In this document: piece after piece, positions 7,465 through 16,693 of the stretch
Layout: each line of letters opens with the position of its first letter
How positions within the stretch are numbered: the stretch's first letter is position 1
Source of the DNA: Aduncisulcus paluster
Taxonomy: Eukaryota
Direction: 5' to 3'
DNA length: 32,744 bases
NCBI GenBank assembly: GCA_024181965.1
Contig: BQXS01010821.1
Location: 1-32,744 of the forward strand
Made by a program: the position numbers and the translations under genes
The notes under the pieces: generated by a model
Database searches by the model: none
Told to the model about the DNA's origin: nothing
What the model saw: the letters and a program-made list of their open reading frames with translations, nothing else

Positions 7465-10400
7465 ATGCGTGGATTTGTACTTTTTCTTATTATTATCTCA
7501 ATAATTCTTCAATTATATCTTCCAGTTATGGCTGAACCTAGTGATAACCATGATGGGATAGAGGATATTGAAGATCCCTCACCCATTTTTCCCGCTGATT
7601 CTAGCTTTCTTTTGAATAATGAGGATGAATTTTATAGCACTGATACTCAAGAAGTTTTATTTTCTTCGAAACTTTTGGAGGAAAATAGGTCAGAAGATCC
7701 TCACGATGATTCTTCTTCAGACCCTATTCTCTCGGATGATTTATCCTCGATTCGTTTGTCTTTCATTGAATCCAAGGCAACGCCAGTTGTGTATTTTGAT
7801 GAGGAAACTTTTTTTTGGTATCCTTTACTTGCGATTGCGTGGCCCTTTATTCTCATTTTATGTAGTCGAGAAGAGCAATGTTATTCTGTCGATTGTATTG
7901 TTGAATGCATTCTGGATTGTTGTAAAACTTTTTTCAGTGTGTGTTTCCATGCTCTTGTTGGAGGTGGATTCATTATGTTTGGTATCATTTATGTGAACGA
8001 TGCTGAATATCCTGGATGGATTAGTTTTGCAATATTTGTCGGCTTTTTGTACCTCGTTATTGCAATTGTTGTGGCTGTATTCATTAATAATGGTTCGAAT
8101 CTTGGGTCTGTCATTTTTGTCTTGGTCGGATACTTTATTTGTGGTGCCACAGTATCACTTGGAGTGTTCATAAACCCCCTGTTCTTCATTGTGCCTGCGG
8201 CTTTGTTCATCATGTTCACGGCTGTGTCACTATGCGTTCGTTATGGCCATCCTTTGACTAAGACTGAGAAACTCAAGTTGGTAAACCTTTTTGCCTTGAT
8301 TATATGTGGTCTTGTATTCATTATTGGGATTGTTCTTGGGCTGAATGACTCTGAAATGAATATAATGTCCCTTATTGCCGGTGTATATCCTTCAATATAC
8401 CTTTCCATATATATCAAGGGGAAACTTTGGGTCTCAAATAAGCGATATGTTGTGCTCTTCATATCCGAAATCATTTCCATTGTTGGATTCATTATGTTTG
8501 GTATCATTTATGTGAACGATGCTGAATATCCTGGATGGATTAGTTTTGCAATATTTGTCGGCTTTTTGTACCTCGTTATTGCAATTGTTGTGGCTGTATT
8601 CATTAATAATGGTTCGAATCTTGGGTCTGTCATTTTTGTCTTGGTCGGATACTTTATTTGTGGTGCCACAGTATCACTTGGAGTGTTCATAAACCCCCTG
8701 TTCTTCATTGTGCCTGCGGCTTTGTTCATCATGTTCACGGCTGTGTCACTATGCGTTCGTTATGGCCATCCTTTGACTAAGACTGAGAAACTCAAGTTGT
8801 AAAACTTTTTTCAGTGTGTGTTTCCATGCTCTTGTTGGAGGTGGATTCATTATGTTTGGTATCATTTATGTGAACGATGCTGAATATCCTGGATGGATTA
8901 GTTTTGCAATATTTGTCGGCTTTTTGTACCTCGTTATTGCAATTGTTGTGGCTGTATTCATTAATAATGGTTCGAATCTTGGGTCTGTCATTTTTGTCTT
9001 GGTCGGATACTTTATTTGTGGTGCCACAGTATCACTTGGAGTGTTCATAAACCCCCTGTTCTTCATTGTGCCTGCGGCTTTGTTCATCATGTTCACGGCT
9101 GTGTCACTATGCGTTCGTTATGGCCATCCTTTGACTAAGACTGAGAAACTCAAGTTGGTAAACCTTTTTGCCTTGATTATATGTGGTCTTGTATTCATTA
9201 TTGGGATTGTTCTTGGGCTGAATGACTCTGAAATGAATATAATGTCCCTTATTGCCGGTGTATATCCTTCAATATACCTTTCCATATATATCAAGGGGAA
9301 ACTTTGGGTCTCAAATAAGCGATATGTTGTGCTCTTCATATCCGAAATCATTTCCATTGTTGGATTCATTGTTGTTGGATTCTACACTCCTGGATTAGTG
9401 TGGTGGTCGACTCTATTATTCGTGCTCTTCTTCTTGTTGTTTGTCAATGCTATTATTGGGACCGTCTGTGTCCACTCTGTGGCTTCCATCTCCAAATGTG
9501 GAACAAGTCTCTCAGTGCCAGCTATCTTTGTCAATATATGCCTCATGAGCATCTCTATTGGTCTCTTCGCTGTTTTCTTGGAATGGAGTGCACTCGTAGG
9601 GTTCATCTTCTTCCTTGGCCTGGTGGTGTTTTCCACTGCTGGTCATCTGAAGGGATTTGAAAGAGCCCATGAGTTTATCCCTCTCCCCTGGTTCACAGGA
9701 CCATTGACATTCATATGTGTCCTAGCATGGTTCCCTCTCCTTCTTGCTGGCATTGTGTGGCAGGTGTTTATGTCTTCAACATTATCTTTCTATGCCACTG
9801 CTCTATTTGCACTTGGAGTTTATGCTTTCATGTTTATTCTTGGTGGATGGAAGAAGTGGAGTGATGAGTTGATGACAAATGACATTAATACTCAAAATTT
9901 AACCAAATTCCTGAGTCCTTTGACTTCTTTCCAATTTTTGATGGTTAGTATCTCTTTTACCTTCTTTGGATGGATTGTTGGTGCTGCTGATTCATTTTAC
10001 TTTGTTGGATTGGCCATTTTCATTCCATTTTTGGTTATATTTGGGATATTTGCCCATCACAAATGGGATCTCTTCAGAGATTCTTCCTACACTGGTTCAC
10101 ACTTCTTCGTTCCAAATATTTTCTTTGGGATCTTGTCTATTGTGGGTATTTGCGCTTCCATTTTGTTCTTCTTCGTGGATGCTGCATATCCATACCATAT
10201 ATTGTGTGCTCTAGTTGGTGAATTGGCACTTGCTATGCTTGTATTTACTGTTTGTCACATAGCATTCAATCCTCAACCAATTAGACTCCTTGATGTTTTC
10301 TCATTGTTATTGTCTGGATGTTTGGGATCTTGTTTGTGTGCTTTTATCCTTAAAAAAGACATTTCTTCAAGTTTGTTCTTCATTTTGCTCGGAGTCAGTG

Positions 10401-12301
10401 TGGTTCTCTTGGTCTGTTCAATAATATGTTTGATATTCTATATATCGAAATCGACACCATCGAAGAGTCTTCTTCCGAAAGGAAATACTCCCGTGCCGGT
10501 GGTTTCTCCAAATGTTGGGGCTTTCCAGAGGGTAGGTTCACCGAGAAAGGCAAGAAAGAAGAAGAATCAAGAGGAGAAGAAACAGAAAGCAAAAATCAAG
10601 AAGCAAAAGCAAGAAGAGAAGAAAAAGAAAAACGATGAAAGAGTGAAGAGAATGAAAGATGATGAGGAAAAAAGGCAGAAAAAGGCCGAAGAAAATAGAG
10701 GTAAGATGAAGAGTAGACTGAAAAAACAGAAGAAATTTTTCAAGTTAGAAGAACAAATGCGAAGGTACAAAGTCTTTGATANNNNNNNNNNNNNNNNNNN
10801 NGGTTCACCGAGAAAGGCAAGAAAGAAGAAGAATCAAGAGGAGAAGAAACAGAAAGCAAAAATCAAGAAGCAAAAGCAAGAAGAGAAGAAAAAGAAAAAC
10901 GATGAAAGAGTGAAGAGAATGAAAGATGATGAGGAAAAAAGGCAGAAAAAGGCCGAAGAAAATAGAGGTAAGATGAAGAGTAGACTGAAAAAACAGAAGA
11001 AATTTTTCAAGTTAGAAGAACAAATGCGAAGGTACAAAGTCTTTGATATTAGTCCCAAGAATGTTAGAGTATGTCCTGTCCCCATTGGAAAGGGTGGATT
11101 TGGATCCATTCATGAAGGAAAGTTTAAAAAACTTCCTGTTATTGTCAAGAAGGTAAAGAGTACGGCCGTGCCCCTTCTTGAATCGAAGGGAGAACTATAT
11201 TATCAGTGGAAAATATACAAGGCATTCCAACACCAATTCTGTCCCGTTCCGGTTCCATATGGAAGGTATTTCAACGAAGAAGAGGAGAGATTATGTCTTG
11301 TGATGGAACATTGCAAGGGTGGGTCAATTTGGGATATATTCAATGGCGAAAATAGCATGTATGATTCACCTGAAATTGGAACTGAGGATGGAGCTTTACA
11401 AGCTGTTTCTATTTGTTCTGGAATGATTTGCTCCACTGGAATTATTATTCAAGAAATGAAAAAATTTCGACATTTAGATTTAAAGCCTGAGAATTTCTTT
11501 ATCCGAAGAAAGGGGAAATACGGAGAGGTGATTGTCGGTGATTTGGGTTTTGCCAAAGTTGAATCGACACTCTCTCGTTCTACACTTGCCAAGCAAGACA
11601 TAAGAGTATCGTCAGCCGACAGAGAAGAATCTTCTTGTTCAGATGCTGAAAGCGGTGCCAAAAATAATTGTGCTCAGGGAGATCCTCATTATTGGCCTTT
11701 GGAAATATGTGAAAATCTTTCGAATCCCACGAATCTTATTCTTTCTCGATGTGATAGCTATGCCTTGGGTTTGTGTATTTATTATGTCTTTTCAAGTGGT
11801 AACTTAGCTTTTTCATATCCTACGAGTCCATTGAATGAGAAATCTCCAAAGTTTCTGGTCCATGTTAAAGAAATGATAAGGCTACGAAAGGAAGAGCTTC
11901 CCAAGCTCGAAGGTACTGTTCATTACAAAACATTGAAGGCTAGCAAGTGTGAAAAGAAAAGGGAAATTGCAGATATTTTCCTCAAAATCTACAATGGTTT
12001 GACCACAAATGATTATCACAATAGGATGAAAATTGCAACTTATTTGAAGAAGAGCAAGAAACATAATGAGAAGAAAGACGGAGAAAAGAAAGATGAAGAC
12101 AAGGATGAGAGTGAAAAGGATGAGAGTGAAAAGGACTCAAAGAAAGAGCTGAAGAATAAGGAAAAGAAAGAGCAGAAGAAGAAGAAGAAAGAGAAGAAGA
12201 AAGGAAAGGGGAAGGAAGAAGAGGGAGATACTGCCTATTCTTTGATTCAATCCATTGCAAAAGAAATTCCAAAATTTGAGTTTACGTCAAATGAAAAATG
12301 A
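7465..12301 (+). CDS. Polytopic membrane protein kinase (signal peptide, acidic ectodomain, ~19 TM segments, Lys/Glu coiled coil, non-RD kinase domain); split into two ORFs here by duplications
   Basis: ATG at 7465 is followed by a hydrophobic signal. Kinase motifs: GKGGFGSI, VIVKK, LVMEHC, HLDLKPEN, GDLGFA, GDPHYWPLE, CDSYALG. Removing the 877-bp internal duplication and the 267-bp gap duplication leaves one 3693-nt ORF (1230 aa). Confidence 0.85.
7919..9370 (+). repeat. Exact nested tandem duplication/triplication inside the kinase gene
   Basis: 7919-8493 = 8796-9370 (offset 877), and 7965-8280 = 8484-8799 (offset 519). Junction microhomologies are TGGATTCATT and GTTG. No differences were seen between copies by eye. 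Confidence 0.92.
10535..11048 (+). repeat. 247-bp exact duplication flanking a 20-N gap (probable scaffolding overlap artefact)
   Basis: 10535-10781 = 10802-11048; Ns at 10782-10801. Confidence 0.92.
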
Positions 12302-12606
12302 AGTTTAATGCTACAAATAGTGGGATGTGGAGTAGATTTCTGAATTTAACCAGCCACTGGCAACACCTTTTTGCGGATGAAATATTAATGAGCTTTACAT
12401 CGACTTTATTTATAGCTTTACAATTTAGCGAGAACCGCTTTACAAACCCATTATCATTTATCCAAAAATAAACAACATCAGATATTCATATGAAGGTTTG
12501 GTGATAAATCTATTGAAATTTCTGTGAAATATCATCTATAATTACATTATTCAGGATATTTATTTTTTGAATTTGTAAGGGTGTTATTTGGAAGGGAAAC
12601 GAATTT

Positions 12607-15600
12607 ATGATAAGAATCTCTGGAAAGTTAGTTAGTGAAAAGGATGTTTCACCTCCAATTCCTTTATTGTCCCCACGGGTTGTCCAATTAAACTATTCGT
12701 TATCAAAATCTACATATTGTGGCAAATTCAATGAATATCAAAGTCAGTTTTTAGATGGATGTGGAATTTGTGACTTTAAAGACCTCGAATTTGTGTTTGA
12801 AAATCCAGCAGACATTTCCACAGTGTTTTTGTGTCTTAATTCCTTCAGTTGTACATCCCTCAATTTTTTTATGGGTTTTAGAAGGTCAAATGGCTTGTTT
12901 ATTGCCAAATCATTTGATGTATCTTTTGAATCTTGTAAAAACAGTTGTTGGTTCAGTTTTGATCTCGGGATACTTGAAGACATTCAAAAGGTGATAATCA
13001 AGTGTATTCCCAGTGATCATTCAACCCCACAATGTGTTGGGGTTAGATTTATTTCCTTGGAAACAGATTTTATCCGATCACAAGAGTTGTCTCACCAGTC
13101 TCGTCAATCGAGAATAATCAAATATTCGCAGTTTTCTCGTTTAATCATGACTGCTTCAACTGCCTTCCATAAACGTATTGAATTGCATTTTCCTCGAATT
13201 GATTCTTTATATGCTCGGATTTCAAAGAGACATTCATATGGAACTTTTTCGATGAATCAAACGCGTCATCATATGAAGGAGTTTTTTGATGGTATCTGCA
13301 CGCTATCTTTTAGTCATCTTCATATCGCATTTACTTTGCCATATTCGATTCAAGGTGTGTTGTTCTTTTGTGATGGTTATTATTGGCAGCCGAAGGATAT
13401 TGATTTTGTTTTTCACACTCGTTATGGAGAATCTATAACGATAGAACAACAGATGGTTGATATTAATTCCATTAAAACTGTTGAATGGCATCAATTTGAT
13501 GTGGGATTTGATGTTTTGAAGGGTAAAGAAATCGTTTCTTGTGATATTATTTGCAAAGGTTCCAAGAATGGAAACCCATGGTTCCAACTTCGTAGTATTA
13601 GATTTATCCGTGATGATAGTGAACCATTTTCTGAGAGATCTTATTCATATGATTCTCATTCACATCCGGATGTGGTGACTTCTTCGAGCCTTTTCTCTCC
13701 TCATCTTACTTCATCTTTGTGCGATCAAATCTTTCGTTCTGGCTTATCTCCAAAGGTGTTCAGTTCGTTTGTGTGTAAAGGTATTGCAAGTCATGCTCCA
13801 ATTACTGATTGTGATCCTCGAACTCTTCGCATCAATAAGCCTGGATGTTTCCTCGATTGTTCAATGGACGATGAAAGGATGGAGCATGGGGCTGAACTGA
13901 GTGCTTTATTTGATTATCATTCATTAATTCGAATGTCCATGCTTCATGTTTCTTTTTCAAAACCATATTCTTCAGTTTTCGATGTCTTTATAAATGCTGC
14001 AGGATCGAAACAAGGCCAGAAAGATCCTATGCAACCAAAGGACCTTGTTTTTATATTTAATATTCCTTCTAAAACAAGGTTTTCAAAACCAAGAAATGGT
14101 AGAGGAGAAGAAGAAGATTCCTCAAAAGAAAGTTCCAAAATTATTATTATCCCCTGTCGTGTGAAGAAAATGAAGAATTATGAATGGCATTCTCTCCGAG
14201 TTAATGTTTCTATTGCAGAATCATGTGATATAATCTGTGTTTCTTCCTGGGAAGATACTGATTGGTGTTATCTAAATGGTCTTCTATTTTCCAAGAATGA
14301 TATTGATTACAAGAAATCATTGTCCTATATAGCCAAAAAGAGGGAAGAAAGAATTGTCAGTGTGAAAGCCAAGTCCATTCCAGGGTTGTTCAGTGCTGCA
14401 AGGCAAGGAGACTTCGTTTATGGTATTGCTCCAATACTTCTTGGAGACCTCACAAGCACTCCGTTCTGTGCGATTCACCCCGATGTTATTCCTGTTGATA
14501 TTGACACCTCTCATGGAGATTTTGTTTCTGTTGACCCTGATTTCATGGATTCTAATGATTATAAGAGAGAAATAATTGGGATGCTAACTCGATCTGAGAG
14601 AATTCCTTTTTCAAGTTTGCATTGTTTCAATTCCCTATTTTTCTCTTTTTCTCGTGTTTCTGTGGTTTCTAAGATATATATTTGCATTGATAATGTCTCG
14701 AATCTGTCGAATCCGAAAGATTTGGACTTTGTTTTCTATGATTCCGCTGGAAGCAAGATATTGAAGCCTGTCCGAATTGAGATTGGTGAAATTTCTTTAA
14801 TCCTCAGCGAAACCAAATCAATGAAAAAGAGGAAGAGGAAGAGACTCAAAATGGCAAAACAGGGAAATGCCGAATGGCATTGTATTTCTTTTGTGCCTTA
14901 CTTGACTAATATTATTGCGTGTGACGTTATTAGTCGAGAATCTTATATTGGGAGAGTTTGGTCCGGATTCCATGGAATTAGATTTGTCTCTCCTCAGAAA
15001 GATCCATCCTTGTCATTCATCGAAGACACTACAGTTGCTCAGAGGGAGGAAGAAGAAGAAAGAATAGTTATATCTCCAATGAGACAAGTGATGAAAGATC
15101 ATTTCTACAGAAACGGTGCATCAATGGGAATGTTTTGTGCACTTGGTGCTGCAGAACAGCGTATTCTATCTGGAATATCGGTTGATTCTGTCTTTCCATT
15201 GAGTTTCAAGTTTTCTCAGGACAAGTGGATTCACCGTTTGGAACTTTTTACTCAAAACTCTACCCAAGCTCCTCGAGACATTGATCTTGTTATCACCGAG
15301 GTTTCTCCAATATCATCTAAAAGGAAGGTTGTGATACTTAAATATCGCCTTGACAAACCCTCTAGTTCCCTTTATCATGAGGATATTTATCATATTCCTT
15401 TGGATTCTTGTCCCATCGAAAAGTGTGATATTATTGGTGTTAATTCATGGTGTGGCGATTCTATTCTATCCTTTTTTAAAATTAAATTTGTGGAACATAC
15501 CAAGGTTCAAAGAGGGTCTTCAAGAGATAAATATCTAACAAAAATATGGGAAAGGCAACTTCAGTTTTTGAATCAACAATATGACAACTTATGGAAATAA
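12607..15600 (+). CDS. Hypothetical protein with about five tandem copies of a ~150-200-aa beta-rich domain (possibly a galactose-binding-like/APC10-type jelly roll)
   Basis: 997-aa ORF. Recurrent motifs: PKDIDFVF / PKDLVFIF / PKDLDFVF / PRDIDLVI; WHQF / WHSL / WHCI; SCDIIC / SCDIIC / ACDVIS / KCDIIG; terminal GVRF / SIRF / GLLF / GIRF / KIKF. The fold assignment is inference. Confidence 0.85.
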   Translation: MIRISGKLVSEKDVSPPIPLLSPRVVQLNYSLSKSTYCGKFNEYQSQFLDGCGICDFKDLEFVFENPADISTVFLCLNSFSCTSLNFFMGFRRSNGLFIAKSFDVSFESCKNSCWFSFDLGILEDIQKVIIKCIPSDHSTPQCVGVRFISLETDFIRSQELSHQSRQSRIIKYSQFSRLIMTASTAFHKRIELHFPRIDSLYARISKRHSYGTFSMNQTRHHMKEFFDGICTLSFSHLHIAFTLPYSIQGVLFFCDGYYWQPKDIDFVFHTRYGESITIEQQMVDINSIKTVEWHQFDVGFDVLKGKEIVSCDIICKGSKNGNPWFQLRSIRFIRDDSEPFSERSYSYDSHSHPDVVTSSSLFSPHLTSSLCDQIFRSGLSPKVFSSFVCKGIASHAPITDCDPRTLRINKPGCFLDCSMDDERMEHGAELSALFDYHSLIRMSMLHVSFSKPYSSVFDVFINAAGSKQGQKDPMQPKDLVFIFNIPSKTRFSKPRNGRGEEEDSSKESSKIIIIPCRVKKMKNYEWHSLRVNVSIAESCDIICVSSWEDTDWCYLNGLLFSKNDIDYKKSLSYIAKKREERIVSVKAKSIPGLFSAARQGDFVYGIAPILLGDLTSTPFCAIHPDVIPVDIDTSHGDFVSVDPDFMDSNDYKREIIGMLTRSERIPFSSLHCFNSLFFSFSRVSVVSKIYICIDNVSNLSNPKDLDFVFYDSAGSKILKPVRIEIGEISLILSETKSMKKRKRKRLKMAKQGNAEWHCISFVPYLTNIIACDVISRESYIGRVWSGFHGIRFVSPQKDPSLSFIEDTTVAQREEEEERIVISPMRQVMKDHFYRNGASMGMFCALGAAEQRILSGISVDSVFPLSFKFSQDKWIHRLELFTQNSTQAPRDIDLVITEVSPISSKRKVVILKYRLDKPSSSLYHEDIYHIPLDSCPIEKCDIIGVNSWCGDSILSFFKIKFVEHTKVQRGSSRDKYLTKIWERQLQFLNQQYDNLWK

Positions 15601-15809
15601 TTTAGGTTTTTGAATAATATAAATACAACATTTAAAACTCATGCAAAACGGATTGAATCTCAAACTCTCTGTTTCTCCGTTTGGGTGATCTGGAGGGGTT
15701 GATCTGAGGAGAAGGTGGGATGATAGTCAAATTTGAAGTGGGGGGTTTGGTTTTTTGGTGAAAATGGTGTTTTTGAACAATTTAAAAATGATATTATTGA
15801 ATATTTGTC

Positions 15810-16387
15810 GATTTAAAGACATTTGAGTTTTTTTGATTTCTAAAAATAGAAATTCTAAAAATAGAAAATGTCATTATTTTTTCGCTGGTATTATCGATAT
15901 TAATATTTCATGCTCTTGACAATAATTTTTTTTTGTTATTTTGGAATCCTATGCTTTAATTTTTCCCTGAAATTTTTTCAGGGTTTTAATAATAAAAGTA
16001 AACAATATCTTGACAATTACAACATAGCCTAGGGTTTAACACAGCGATTTCAAACTCAATGAAAAGGATGTCTTTATTCGTTCCTATGNNNNNNNNNNNN
16101 NNNNNNNNGATTTAAAGACATTTGAGTTTTTTTGATTTCTAAAAATAGAAATTCTAAAAATAGAAAATGTCATTATTTTTTCGCTGGTATTATCGATATT
16201 AATATTTCATGCTCTTGACAATAATTTTTTTTTGTTATTTTGGAATCCTATGCTTTAATTTTTCCCTGAAATTTTTTCAGGGTTTTAATAATAAAAGTAA
16301 ACAATATCTTGACAATTACAACATAGCCTAGGGTTTAACACAGCGATTTCAAACTCAATGAAAAGGATGTCTTTATTCGTTCCTATG
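15810..16387 (+). repeat. 279-bp exact duplication flanking a 20-N gap (probable scaffolding overlap artefact)
   Basis: 15810-16088 = 16109-16387; Ns at 16089-16108. Confidence 0.92.
15837..15867. repeat. Tandem palindromic motif (TTCTAAAAATAGAAA)x2 between convergent genes
   Basis: A 15-bp unit occurs twice, each an inverted repeat TTCTA-AAAA-TAGAA. 29 bp are identical to 23730-23758. The motif is also in the gap-duplicated copy at 16136-16166. Confidence 0.7.
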
Positions 16388-16693
16388 GTACGAATATGAC
16401 AGCAGTGATTTTAGGAAATTGTATCCCCGGACTTGGTACCACAATATCTGACAAGACCAGTTGTCCTTGAGACTGAGATCCACAAACATAGCGAAATTTA
16501 TTGATTTGTGATTTGGATCAAAGAGTGACGAATGAATATTTTACAATATCTATTATTGCAAAGGCACTCCAAATCTGAAAGATCAAATACCTAAGTCTTC
16601 GTTTATCGATATCATGAACAACATAACTCGATAAAAGAAGTGATACAAATAATACAAAATTGAATGAATTTGAGATATCATATAATATGATTA

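Noticed and set aside
7919-9370. Mobile element or CRISPR-like interpretation of the repeats
   Set aside because: The repeats are copies of coding sequence with no spacers, terminal inverted repeats or transposase.
11549-11662. TGCCAAA direct repeat bounding the long kinase activation segment
   Set aside because: Explained by recurring Ala-Lys codons. The segment is in frame, and removal leaves an unusually short activation segment. It also shows that such repeats arise by chance.
3491-15600. Idea of a functional bacterial-sensing cluster (BPI-like, non-RD kinase, jelly-roll repeats)
   Set aside because: Adjacency in a compact eukaryotic genome is not evidence of shared function, and no co-regulation signal was seen.
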